Made by a program: the position numbers and the translations under genes. 64,000 nucleotides of DNA from contig JAQGDQ010000179.1 in the NCBI GenBank assembly GCA_030141605.1, forward strand, positions 248,001 through 312,000, in the 5' to 3' direction. Position 1 is the stretch's first letter; the number at the start of each line of letters is the position of its first letter. The notes below the pieces were generated by a model. It had not been told where the DNA came from. It did no database searches and saw only the letters and a program-made list of their open reading frames with translations. Below are positions 12,720 through 25,605 of the stretch, in pieces. This DNA is from Tubiluchus corallicola (Eukaryota; Animalia; Priapulida).

Positions 12720-13206
12720 ATCGAAACCAAAATGTCAGAATCAGCCAAATGCAGTAAAACTACTTACAGCCCAAAGGACAGAAATACAATTTCTGGTTTT
12801 CTTTTGTGTTTCTGATATCTTTTTTGTTTCTTATATAGGTAGAGATTTGGCGTCAGAAAATGACGCTTGCGTTATAATGTTTTGCAACGTCTAACATAAG
12901 CATCATTACAAATCTGAGCAACATAAATTTGTCTAATTTAAAACGACTTGGTTTCGCGTACGCCCATTTGAAGCTAAAGAGCATCAAGTTATAAAACTAA
13001 ATCTCTATAATGAAAGCGTCAAAACTGTTATTACCTTCATTTAAAATAATACTGCTGCAACAAAGATAGATTTACTCGATATTATGATGATTATGCAAAC
13101 AAAGGTGTATTATTTCGTATTAATAACATAACACGTACGTGACAAACTGCACCCATGATAAGTGTGGCCTTACTCAAAATACAATAATATTATTTTCTAC
13201 TGAATC

Positions 13207-13367
<161 letters not shown>

Positions 13368-14219
13368 CCTCTATCTACCTGTGTCTTTCTTTCTTTCTTT
13401 CCCTCTTTTAATTTCTCTCTTTCATTGAACAAAACGTACTTTTTATCTGAATTTATTCTCATATAGATTTTAATTTGTTTCTTTCAAAAACGTATAAGTT
13501 CACAGTGAATTACACGAATACTTGATTATAATTGTTTGATATATTCCATATTTTCCATATTTCAAATGTACTGTTTAAGCCACAATTGAAATAATCCATA
13601 CCTCCAATTTTGAAGGAGGATTTTGGTACAAACATATCTACTATAACTTAAGCACAGCATTTGTCGTAAACCAAATTGAAATAAACAGTTCCAAAGAGTT
13701 AAAGAGCAAGTCCAAACAACCTTCACAGGAAGTCGTTGCTGTTTTTGAACAATAGCGTTCCAAATCTCTTGATTTAATTAATTTCTGGCTTTCAGTGATA
13801 CTAAAGTTTTTATCCAAATAAAGGACGCCTAAAAGCTGCGTGTATAAATTTTTCTTTGTGCTCGCCTTTTCACTGATATTGGTAAGCATACGTTTCTTTA
13901 AAACGATTGCATTTGGCTTGCATTACAATAATAAATTGCAATGGCACGACGCTACCAAATAAACTCTTTCACAAAGATTTGCTTTGCTTTTTGTAAGAAA
14001 TAGGCATACCTATTCTTCAAATTCTTGAAGTCTATTTCAGTCTTATAGAAACCCTTAAGTGCTAGAGATTTAAGGAAGTAGTAATGTGGAGGTCGTGATA
14101 ACAATTCTTCAAACATTCAATCAAACGTACCGTACAAGTATTACCAATGGATAGCTGTATCGCAATATAAATGTGTGAGCTGATACGAGGTTCAGCTGTT
14201 TTCATAGTAAAAGGAAAAC

Positions 14220-15203
14220 ATGAACACATCTGAAGAATTCGTCACAGAATACGCTGATGCGTTTAATTATAAACGCGCTCTTCTGATTTCCATGGTTACA
14301 ATATCCATGCTTATCATAGCCAGCAATGCACTTGTTTTGTCCGCACTTCGTGTCGAAAGACAATTTCATCACGTCGGGTATGCTTTTGTTGGTAACTTGG
14401 CTGTTGCAGACTTGCTCACTGGGATATTCATGCTGTACAACGTGCTAACAGTTTTTGTGCCAAAATTACTGGATTCGAAACACGCCTGCCTAACTGTGTT
14501 TATGAGTAGTTTATTCTCGAGCTGCTCTTCGATGATCAATGTTGTTTTGGTAGCCGCCGATCAGTATGTCAAAATTTTTCATCCTCTTACTTACAGTGAA
14601 ATGATAACTACTAAACGTACGGTTGTCTTGTTAGTTATACCGTGGCTGGTTTCATTAGCTACGATATCTTTGCCATATTTGGGATGGACAAACGAATATC
14701 ATGGTGTACGTTCCTGTAAACTTTTGAAAATTCTCACACCAGGTTACCTGTTATTTTGGCTTATTGCTAACATCCTTGTACCAACATCAGGCCTTGCATT
14801 TATATACATTCGTATCTTGAGTATTGCTCGTTACCATTCCAAACAGATGGAGATGCAAGCCCGCCTAAATCACACGGTAACAACGAGTTCGGCACTGATG
14901 CAACGTATAAATAGAGAAATAAAGATGATGGTGACAACTATAATAGTACTACTGGTATTCATCGGATGCTATACACCTCTTGTGGTTGTCACACTAGCCG
15001 ATATTTATGCTTTTCTCATTCGTCCAGACATGACGGTCCACAATGATGTGATGCTGCCAGCTTTTTTTGTGTACTGCAACTCCCTTTTCAATCCACTGAT
15101 ATATACAATAAGAGATCGTAACTTTCGGAAAGCGTACCGTAAAGTCATCTGCTGCATGAAAGTTACAGCAACAATAACTGTAAATGTTGTTGATACAGAG
15201 TGA
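14220..15203 (+). CDS. Intronless class A orphan GPCR, paralog 2 (327 aa)
   Basis: 7TM pattern. NLAVADLL, DQY at the DRY position, CYTP, NPLIY, RDRNFRKAY. TATA-like tataaa at about 14166. Confidence 0.92.
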   Translation: MNTSEEFVTEYADAFNYKRALLISMVTISMLIIASNALVLSALRVERQFHHVGYAFVGNLAVADLLTGIFMLYNVLTVFVPKLLDSKHACLTVFMSSLFSSCSSMINVVLVAADQYVKIFHPLTYSEMITTKRTVVLLVIPWLVSLATISLPYLGWTNEYHGVRSCKLLKILTPGYLLFWLIANILVPTSGLAFIYIRILSIARYHSKQMEMQARLNHTVTTSSALMQRINREIKMMVTTIIVLLVFIGCYTPLVVVTLADIYAFLIRPDMTVHNDVMLPAFFVYCNSLFNPLIYTIRDRNFRKAYRKVICCMKVTATITVNVVDTE

Positions 15204-15604
15204 TTTTGCAACGGCACAATCTTTCACATGTACATAAGCTATAGTACATAAGTCAAGATCCAAAGTGTTAAACTGCGTTAAATTGCTTCGCTTTACATTT
15301 TCACTTTAGTTTCTTTACATTTCAATTTTGGTTTTAAATTTTTTGTCTCCAACTGAATCTTGTTCACAGCATTTTTTATGTAGGACCTATTTTTATGTAG
15401 GACACAACTACATGTACAACCTTTTCTGTATAATTGAAAAAACAGAAAAAAAAGTAATTTCTGAGTCTTCTGACTCCCGAAACGTACTATATTAAAGTGT
15501 TGAAGTTTGCCGCATGGTAGCTATAAAAGGTACCTTGCTAAGCCGCCATGATCAAGTTGTGTGCATTATCAGGCTCAGTTCGCTACTCGGAATATATATA
15601 ACTA

Positions 15605-15684
15605 CATGACGGTAATTCAGGGCAACACTATTCATGGTAACTCAGGACAGCACTATTCAATAGTAACGTAGGGCAGCACTATTC
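15605..15684. repeat. Short minisatellite, ~26-bp unit x3
   Basis: Three successive units: ggtaattcagggcaacactattca / ggtaactcaggacagcactattca / agtaacgtagggcagcactattc. Confidence 0.7.
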
Positions 15685-16351
15685 GTGCACTTTTACACAT
15701 GAACATACTTCTCTGATACAGCGCTAGTGTACTTATTCTCACGTTACAGTATTAATAATGCTTTGCGCTTTTCCCTAGGGCCTAGTTGTTTTTCTTTCCT
15801 TAATCAGTAATTGGTTAGTTCATTATACTCAGCAATTTTCCGTGTCCTTTTTCTTATTCACGCTGTCCAACCAAAAGATAGTAAACTTCTTATGATTGCC
15901 TGGATTGCTGTGTCTCAAGTTCTTAGGCCTAATGGCGAAGATTTTTATTTACGAAATTGTGCTTATTATTTCGACAGCCTTCCTTAATTTCTACAATACA
16001 CCTGCATTGTCTGATATCTGTGTACAAAGTGCGTGTAATGTTTTCATGCAATTTGTCTCGGTTATACCTAAAGTCATCCACACCTCTGTTTACCAGCTGA
16101 CTTGATTTGTAGAAAGAAACTAATTGTTTGTATATCGTATGGGTTGCGTGGCTGCATTTGTCATCCACTCCATAATCATAATTAGAGTAGTAATAATAAG
16201 TAGTTGGATGTAACTGAAATGCATGTTGTTCACTGATTTAGCACTTCGTATGATACTTATTTCGTGTGACGTGCGTACATAATAACGTATCGCGTACGTA
16301 TATAAGCATTTATATTCAAAACGCGATTTAAGTTCTTGTTTCTTGTTGAAG

Positions 16352-17344
16352 ATGAATACAACACTTCTTAACTACTCGAATTCATCAGCGATTGAAGACA
16401 AAAACAGTGCATTTAGCCAGAACATTGGCCTCCTTATAGCAAGTCTTTTTATGTCTTTTCTTATCGTAAGCAGCAATGCACTCGTGTTAGCCACACTGGT
16501 TATTGAAAAGAAATTTCACACGACTATGTGCGTTTTCATAGGAAATTTAGCAATTGCTGACTTACTGACAGGTTTATCCATATTGTACAATGTGTTCACA
16601 AATTTTATTTACAAAAACTGGACTTCGAAGTTCGCCTGCTTATCGGCCTTTTCATTTATAATTTTTGGAAGCAATCTATCGCTTTTAAGCATTCTTTTAG
16701 TTTCTGTTGATCAATATCTAAAAATCGTTTATTCTCTTACTTACCACAATATTGTTACCAGGAAAAAAGTAGTTGCGCTGTTATCCGCGTCTTGGATGGT
16801 GTCTCTCACTGCAGCATTCTTGCCAAATTTAGGCTGGACAAACGAGTACCAAGGGATAGATTCTTGCTTGTTGTTAAAAATAATGACGAGTGAATACCTT
16901 TTACTTTGGGTGATTGTTTGTTTCTTTTTACCAACTTCAATTATTGTGTCTTTGTACATTCGTATAATGATCATCGCCCATTATCATTCCAAACAAATAG
17001 CAAAACAAATCCAAAAAAACTCGATACACTCGGTTGTGACACAACGTATCAAAAGAGAAATAAAAATGATCGGTACTGTGACAATTATGTTAGTTGTTTT
17101 CATTGGATGCTGGCTGCCAGTGGTGGTTTCTGTATTGATAAGTGTTTTTTATTTCCTTACTTCTTCAGAGACGATTGCCCAACCAAATATGGCATTGATG
17201 GTCATTTTCGTCTATTGCAATTCATTTTTGAACCCCATCATTTATGGAATCAGAGACCGCAATTTCCGTAAAGCATATGGTAAAATTGTATGCTGTAGAA
17301 AAACTCGGTCAATTGTTAATCCCAATCATACCCAGGATTTGTAA
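16352..17344 (+). CDS. Intronless class A orphan GPCR, paralog 3 (330 aa from ATG 16352)
   Basis: 7TM pattern. NLAIADLL, DQY, CWLP, NPIIY, RDRNFRKAY. Closely similar to paralog 2 (LGWTNEYxG, YHSKQ, RIxREIKM). The ORF-track start is a TTG; the first ATG is 16352. Confidence 0.92.
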   Translation: MNTTLLNYSNSSAIEDKNSAFSQNIGLLIASLFMSFLIVSSNALVLATLVIEKKFHTTMCVFIGNLAIADLLTGLSILYNVFTNFIYKNWTSKFACLSAFSFIIFGSNLSLLSILLVSVDQYLKIVYSLTYHNIVTRKKVVALLSASWMVSLTAAFLPNLGWTNEYQGIDSCLLLKIMTSEYLLLWVIVCFFLPTSIIVSLYIRIMIIAHYHSKQIAKQIQKNSIHSVVTQRIKREIKMIGTVTIMLVVFIGCWLPVVVSVLISVFYFLTSSETIAQPNMALMVIFVYCNSFLNPIIYGIRDRNFRKAYGKIVCCRKTRSIVNPNHTQDL

Positions 17345-19149
17345 TTGTATTTTACCACAATTAAAGCAAAAGTTCAAAATTGACTTCTCTCTAGGATGCT
17401 AGAATTAACTGACCGACTGACCTTTAAATTAAAAACGTTTACTGGAAAGTAGAATAAGCTGTTATTGCAATTTATGGCAAACTTGTGTCAATTTATGGCA
17501 ATTTATGACAAATTCAGCACTTTGACGTAATTATTCGAAAAGCTGTCTATTCTTTTAAAGATCGATTAGATCACAATGTATTTTACGATTTACAATGTAT
17601 TTTAAATTCTGATATCAGTATGAGTTCTTATATTTTTAACAAATGGAGAACGATTTTAACTGTAAATGCTTAATCATACAAATGTATTATATGTCACATA
17701 AGTTTTTTAAGTTAGTTTTTAGTAGTGTTTTACGATTGTATGTATTTTACGTATTTATGTTTTATGGACCAGATTCCATTATAAATAAATAATTTATTCA
17801 ATAATTCATTTATTTATTAGCTCGGTAAAGAATTAGGCTTAACTTTGAAAAATGCTAATCGCGGAAAGAAAGGTTGTTGACAAGAGTAAAACAATGGCTA
17901 GGTCTAATTACTAATAATAAGCCAAAAAATAACGTCCTGGTGGAAAAATGATGGACGTGTGCAGTAATAATGAAAATTTAAACCACTTGAGGTTCGTAAA
18001 AGGAAAGACCAACTTAGCAAACACATTCAGTTCATATCCAATAGAAAATAGTAGCAATTTGAGAAAGTACAGCTAGCCATCTTGCAAGCCTGTTAATTAA
18101 TACCTCTAGGACAACTGTGCATACGAAAAAATGTATGGTTCAGCTTTTAGAAAGCAAATGACACAAACAGTAACTTGTGTGAATTGTTACCTTGTTGACC
18201 ATTGTTATTATATTGTGACTGCTTCGACGTTAAAGACATAAACGTATGAGAAGCGAAAGTTTGCGCTAAATAAACTTTATTAAACAATAATTTCTTCATG
18301 AGATTAATGACACACATCAGTTTTTCTGAAAGAACTTGTTCTCAGAAGTCCAGAACATCATGTTGTGGGGCTAAACCTCCTGTGAGATTTTCAGATCACG
18401 TGATACAACTATACTGAATGAGATGCCGGAATAAAATTATGATATACATGTGTGAAGAATATTATCAACAGTGATTCGGTGAACATTTTGATAATACTTA
18501 AAGCAAAACCGGAATCAATATTAAACTATAGGTCAAAACAAACTACTCTTTGAAATATTGAAAGAAAACATACTATTTTTTTCAAAAACGACTTAGATGA
18601 AAGAATTATGACCAAACAAACACAATTTCGCGTTCGCGCCACTAGTTCCTCGCTGTTACATGCATTTCGCCATTCGCTAGTTAGACGGGCACTAGCGCCT
18701 ACATTTCGGAAACATTGCACAAAAACAGGTGCTGTACCTCTCAGTTCAGATGTGTTCGACAGCTAAAGCGTGAGTATAGTAGCAAATTTGAATTTTTATC
18801 TCAAAACTTGCCTGTATTACACACTAAATATCTTACAGTAGCACTGTGCTTAATTTTCGTTTTCACAAACATACGCAACACGCTTAAGAAGTATTTTTGC
18901 TGTTGAAAATTATTTGTATGGGATGTCATCAATAGTTAGGCACGCCCGCCGTTAATGAAGTTCTTAATCTATAATTTAATTATCAGAAACGTTTTTGCAG
19001 TATTATTCATGTTAAAACTTAAAATGTATACTTTTCATCGGATTTGAAAATAGTAGTATATGAGAAATCATCCTGTCTTCCTTTAGCTTTGTACTTTTAA
19101 AAGTGAAATACTATTACGAACATGAACTGCAACAATATAGTAGAATGTT

Positions 19150-19240
19150 CATTATATATATATATAATAAATAAATAAATTAATTAATTAATACAATACA
19201 CATTATATAAGAAATGGAGCTGGAGTATGTAATATACATT

Positions 19241-19282
<42 letters not shown>

Positions 19283-19377
19283 CTTCATATATATATATAT
19301 ATATAATGTATATTATATAATATACATATCATATATACTACATATTATGTAATATATGTATTACATATATATTACCT

Positions 19378-19418
<41 letters not shown>
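19150..19418. repeat. (TA)n-rich low-complexity tract
   Basis: Several (AT)n runs read directly. ggagctggag occurs at about 19216 and again at about 19426. Confidence 0.85.
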
Positions 19419-19420
<2 letters not shown>

Positions 19421-19750
19421 AAAAAGGAGCTGGAGCACATCTGTGAGTTAGCCTTATGGGCCTTAGAAAAATCGGATGAACCGTTAAGCACTTTCCTAGA
19501 CAGTTTCCATCACGAAACTTCTATCATAATTTGAGTTGTATCTCATCTTAAAAATATCTATAGTGTTAGTGTCATAATGACAATTATTGTTGTTAATTAT
19601 AATAATTTTTTATATTAGGCCATAAAATAAATACTAATCGTCAAATTGTTGTAATAATAACTGGTTTATTATAAATTTTAAACTATTTATTTACGTAAAT
19701 GAAATTAACATAGGACGAGTTAATGTACAATAATTATCAATGTCTCTCTT

Positions 19751-21702
19751 TTGAAGAAAGCCAAAGCAGCATGCGGCTTCGCCAATGCAGCATTAAATGA
19801 AACAGAAGCAAGAATGAGTAAAGCAAATAAAGACGGTTACAGCTTTTCGCTACAGGCAAAAAAAGCAGACAGACCAGCTTCTGAAACAATGAATGTGACA
19901 GTGAATGCAAAGAACGTGCATAATGAAGATCCACGTAGCGTAAACACAAACGCAGTTGCCTCCACATTAAACAATAACATAACAGGGTGCGAGCTTAGTG
20001 ACACGAAATAGGCTACATCTTGTCCGCAGAACACCAAAACCGACAATGCGGAGAAACCAAAGCCGCGAACGTGCAAAAAATAGATACATCAACTGAAACA
20101 TTAATCTTGGGTGATTCCCGAACCGCTTACTTGAATACTCAAGAAATAGCCAAAAATCTACAGGTGCATTCTTACAGAGGGATAAACCTGAACGAAATGA
20201 CAGCCTTCGTACGAGACCGATACCCTGAGAAGAAATTGGAAAACGTTATCATAACGTGTGTAATCAATGACGTTAGACAACATATTCAACAGAATCGAGA
20301 AAACGGCTAGAACGCTCACCTAGACGAAATACTCAAGTCACTAACAAGACAAATGGAACAATGCATTGTAAGTGTAAAAAATAAGTTTAACCCTTGTAAT
20401 GTTTTTGTATGCAATATCCCATTTGTAAAGACAAACAAACATCCAACTGCTAAACCCATGAATATAAGTTCGGTGAACAGAGTGTTACGATTATTTAACA
20501 GTGAACTTGAAACTCTGACAACTAAAACTAATACCATTTTGTGCAATTTGCAATGTCATTTTGAAGATGATAATTTAATTGCGAGAGGCGGATTACACCT
20601 AAGTAGATTAGGTGTACAAAACTTGCGAGAAGCATTAAACTATGTTTGTTTAATGACCTAAATCGCTGGTATAGGGTTAAGACTAATCAAAACAAATATA
20701 CAGTTACTGTGGCTTTACACAAAGTCAATATAATTATAAACCAGCTAGTTTCGCAAATGCCGTTAAAAGATTACCATTATTACCAACTCCTGTAAATTAT
20801 TCAAATGACTCTGATAAAGCTTCAGCTGATACTAAGCCCATTCAAAAAGAGGCATTAAAGTCAGAAATTGAAAATCTGCTTACCGGATTAGTAAAAGAAT
20901 TCATTTCTAAGTTTGCATAAAATTGAAAAACTACTAGACAGCTTATTTAAAATGACACGAATGAACTAAGCTGTAAATAACTGCAATAAGCGTGACATAT
21001 TATACATATATTTTAATCATGAATTTTAAACGAAAAATTTTAAGTTTTACTTAATATAAACGAATATTGTTTAAAGAATGTACAAACTTAAGACAGATGT
21101 GTCCAGTGCCAATCTCTGGCATACTGAAACGTGTATGCACGTCTTGTTGCGTAATAATATCTCAAAATCGGATCGCAAATAACTCGTGCGTAAATTTTTG
21201 CTATTCTGCTTCTATTTTACAGTATTCATCTGTGAGAAAGTACACACTTTCAGATACTAGAGATTTATACTACAAGTTTCAGTACTCCCCTACTTTATTA
21301 AACTGGATAAAAAAATATGTAATGTAATACGTGTTATGTTAGTTTTTTAATGTCAAATGTATAAATAGTGTAAATGTAATGAGTGAAATTTATGCAATGT
21401 AAAGCATGTTTCTGTTAATAGTGTCATGTCAAATGTATATATAGTGTAAAATATGTCATATAAAATTTAATGTACTTTTGTAATATTGTTTTGTAAAAAT
21501 ATTTTAATATAGTGTTTGTAAATATGTCCATTTATTGTATATAATCAGAGCTTAGTTTTGCACTTTAGTTTTCTTAGTCTGCACTAGAAGCACTTGTCTT
21601 GAACAGTGTTGTTATATTAACATTACACTGAGGCTTACTCAGTTTTATTATAATAAGTGATTCATTTTAATGACAAATAAGGAATTAATAATAATAATAA
21701 TA
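19751..21702 (+). mobile_element. Decayed retroelement with an SGNH/GDSL esterase-like ORF1 and an (AAT)n 3' tail, without an intact RT
   Basis: ORFs 20020-20310 and 20353-20661 share a frame and are split by one TAG at 20308. They carry SGNH blocks LILGDS, VIITCVIND and GGLHLS. Coding-like tail ...EIENLLTGLVKEFISKFA* ends near 20919. AT-rich 3' region ends aataaggaattaataataataataata at about 21677-21702. Boundaries approximate. Confidence 0.55.
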
Positions 21703-22539
21703 GTGCGTATTTGATGCGCGTATCATTACAAAAATTTACGTTTATTCAGATAATAATTAGAATAACTGGCGCCAGTAAAATGGCGTTCCAACAGGTCAAC
21801 ATGTCAGTCACCATGCCTACGTGACAGCTTCATGCTATAAAAATGAAGTCCAATTATTAATCATTTTAGTACAGGGTAATACATGACCTATTGCTCGCCA
21901 GGGGGGGGGGTGTAGAAACAACAATTGAGTAACAATTAAAACACAACATTAATTTTTATTGTATCAAAGTTAGCACTGCTTAATCAGTAATGTGAGTCTA
22001 TCATACCAGTAATGTGAGTATTTCAATATTAATATTTTACTGTAGAAGCCTGTTGCATCTTGCACAGCTTACAATCGTGAGGGGTGTGACTCATAATGAC
22101 TGAAGAGTTCGAATCGAGTAGCTTTAAAATTCACCATAATGCATCCACACACCAGAATCCACCTCCATCCATCCCGAACACATTGGGGTGATCCTGAAAA
22201 GCAAAGTGAAGGCTAAAATGATCCAAGAGCAATTCAAACGGCTAAAGTTTACAATTCCCCATACCCAAGAAATTAGTTCATGAAGCGAATTAGGATTAGG
22301 GCTAGGATTAGGGTTGAAATATCTAAATTGTGTGGAAAATTGTAAACTCCTTCCGAAAAAAACAAGCTTGTGGGACATCTGCAGAAAGTATTAGTCGGAC
22401 ATTCTTGACTTTGACAATTTTTTTTCTGGGTCGGTGATAATTCTCAGCAAGCAAGATTACAGGCTGTGGAAGGTGTACGAGGTACACGCACTAAATATTT
22501 CAGAAAAAAATCAAAATAAAGACCTGTATTGAAAATAAA

Positions 22540-22930
22540 AGAGGAAACTTGGGCATGAATAATTAAAAGGTGATGTTTTCTTAAGATGGATTGGGCATAT
22601 ACGTAGATTACTTGATGATAGTCCAGTGAGGATTTTCAAGTGGTCCTCAATAGAACCTGTTACGACGTATGGCATGTGATACCATGATCACGTGATACAA
22701 CAACAGAGGCTGGAATACAGCTGAATACTTCATTATGAATTTTTTTAGATTATGTTTGGGCACCATCCCTAATTGCAATACAACCAGCCGTAAAATTAGC
22801 AGGAGGACAGGAGTTAACATGTTTAGATTTTGTACAGATAGATTTAAACACATCAGCACTGATCCTTGGAGATAGAGGCATTTGGTCCACTGCAGTGAGT
22901 AGGGAGCCCTGGCATAAAAACGTGAACAGA
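22540..22930 (+). mobile_element. RTE-type LINE 3' fragment (decayed)
   Basis: From 22581 the translation is LRWIGHIRRLLDDSPVRIFKW, matching the RLRWxGHxxR...P...W C-terminal signature of RTE-clade RT. Confidence 0.55.
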
Positions 22931-23390
22931 ATGTGTGTTCAACGCATGATTCAATGGACGATGGGTCAATGATTAAATTTTGAGGGCATGATAGATTCAC
23001 AGTTATTTGACAATTCACAACAGCTTTTACAATAAAATTTTATGTGCTATTACTAGTTAATTTTGTCTCCCTCCCTTAGCCAAATTTATATAAAACTATT
23101 AATGGTGGATTTTCAATTAGAAGTGGTGCTGACAAGCCACTGGCATAGCGGAATCTAGTTTTTTGCTGGATTAACTGCTGTACTTACCTGTCTTAGGAGC
23201 AGATTTTTTTAGAGTTCTGTCCGCCCAATGTCTACAATAGACGTGATGGGCATATGATGATGATGATGATTCTTTTTGAATGTGCGGATCGTAAGTGCTG
23301 AAGCGCTTTCTCAAAAAATTACTATTGAATTAAATTTTCCCACAAACCTTTAAACCTGCATAAGTGCAGGCTTTGGAAAAGATTTGCGTT

Positions 23391-23402
23391 CGGCCATCTT
23401 GG
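23391..23402. promoter_or_regulatory. YY1-like motif (GCCATCTTG) at the probable TRRAP transcription start region
   Basis: cggccatcttgg lies about 2.2 kb upstream of the TRRAP ATG. Candidate 5'UTR donor gtaagt at 23732. Strong acceptor (ctaac...ttttgttgcag) ends at 25541. YY1 motifs near housekeeping TSSs are established; function here is inferred. Confidence 0.35.
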
Positions 23403-25605
23403 CAGAAGTTTTGCAAATTTCATTTTCTTTTAATTTGCTAAATGCATTTGTTATGGATAACTATGGATTTTTGTATATGTGATTATCCATTGTAGGGGTG
23501 TAGTTCACAGTCGATGGTCTTTTTGCAGGTGGGTTTGCATGAAACTGATATGGTCATAATGGTGGTCAATAAATTGGCATAAGAATTGTTTACAGTTTAG
23601 CATACTGGTCATTGCTGAAGGGTAGTTAATAAGTCAAACAGGCAAAACGAGAGATTTAAAAACATCACACCGTCTTATTAATTTTAATGGCAGGTACTAA
23701 GCTGCCTGGCACTGGTTCAGACTAGGACTAAGTAAGTTTTATAATATTAATAATATTTAGCAGAATGTACACTATGTTGCTTACAACAAAACTAATGTCA
23801 TGACAGAAATTTAGAAAGTTAAAGAAAAAAATCAACCCTCAAACAACAACATTCTAGTTTATTGTACATATAAAAATATCGAAATTACTATTAGTATTAA
23901 TGTGTATTATAGTATTACATGCATAAAAATTCAAAAGAAATTTAATTCATTTTTATGTTCCACTAAACAGACTTTGCTGTTGGCATGTTTGAAAAAAAGT
24001 GAAGTTAAGCACAGTCCATTCATATGTTTCACTATTCTAGCTGATAAAATCTTTGTGTTTAACAGTTTTCATGTAAAAATTAGTCATCGGATCAATTAGC
24101 AATAACTTTGAAGTGCTTACATAACTTTAATCCACTCAGATTATACCTCAGAATACATTGGTACACGTACTATGGATAATCCAATTACAGATAAGCATGG
24201 AATTCTGCAAGCATGCGGTAGGTCCCGGGCAGATTACGTAGTTAATAGACTTCATTTTAGCTTAAAATAGTTATTCTGTTACTTTGCCGGTGCTAATTGA
24301 ACGAGTTGGAGGTTATTGTACTATCGCCTGTAACTGGTTTTCTTTACATACTAGGGTTCATCAAAAAGCAAAAAAAGTATCAGTAATCTTTTGTTTAACG
24401 GTTTACTTTGTTTGTAATTGATAATAGTAACTGTACCAGGAAAAACGTTTGCTCAAAGACTTGGGATGAACATATTTCACGGTAACTGGATGATGTCATT
24501 TTTTGCTCAAACTGTGTTCACCCAAGTGTGAAATTACTTCGGCTTTAAATTTATTTTACTTTTTCTGCTAAGACATGCTGAGTCTTTGATGAGACTGTCC
24601 AAGATTTTTTGCAAATACAGTATAACACCATTATAGCGAACATGGTTTATTGCGTACATACCTGTAATGCGAACTCCACAAAAAGAACAAACTTTGATCA
24701 TTTATTTAACTAGTGTAATGTTATTAGCTTTGAGTACCGAGTACTTGCTTATTGCAGACTTTTTGTGAGGCCCCATTGTCAGTATTACTAGTTATTTATA
24801 AATTTTACTGCATACTTTTCTTTGGCTGCCATTTGTGCTCATTTAAATTTTAAGTTTATTAACTATGATAACCGGTGATGCCTGATAATACAGTGATAAG
24901 GCTGGGTACATAGCATGTGGAGTTGCTATGACACATGATGTGCCGAAATGTCACTTTGTCTAAGGTATGAGGCATTCTCTGGCCAGCAGGTAGTTGCTGG
25001 TCAGCAATGTACACATTTAAATAAATGTTGTTATTTAAATAGTTTACACATTAACTATTCAAATTACAAAGAAAAAGTAACTTTTCAGTTTACTTTAATA
25101 CTATGTTATTTCTAATACATGCTAGATGTGCAGACCTAAGACATGACTAATTTTTTTAAATGTACTATCGATCATAGTATTTTATAATGAGTGAACATCA
25201 GGCTCAAGGAAAATTGTTAAATTATTGTCTCCATGGTAATCAGACACAACTAAGACGACATTTTGGAAATTAATTGACATGTGGACTGAATAACTGTTCA
25301 CTATTTTGTAAGCTTTGCCACTGTACACAGGATTGTAGTTTACACTTTTCCGAATTGAATAAAAAATTAGTACCAGCCATTCGCTGTGATTTTATCAAGA
25401 GTGCCCAGTCTTTTCATTTAAATGCACCAGCTTTAACTTTGTAAGAAATGATTTGTCGATTTACTGATGTTTTTATGATGCTCTAAATGAAAAGGCCTGT
25501 TAATAAAATATTAACTAACATATATTTTGCTTTTGTTGCAGAGGCAGTTGAAGTTCAGAAGACGTACTGAAACTGTGGCAAATTTTGAATAAGAAGCCTT
25601 ACAAG

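Noticed and set aside
20020-20661. Host GDSL lipase or Oskar-like gene
   Set aside because: It has an in-frame stop and an upstream frameshift, no LOTUS domain or signal peptide, and a retroelement-like tail. A TE ORF1 is more parsimonious.
22098-22125. Hammerhead ribozyme core (ctgaaga; also ctgatga at about 47683)
   Set aside because: No stem II followed by GAAA and no flanking helices could be formed by eye.
22290-22316. Interstitial telomeric repeat (ttagga/ttaggg/ctagga)
   Set aside because: Only about 4 degenerate units, a pattern common inside invertebrate repeats.
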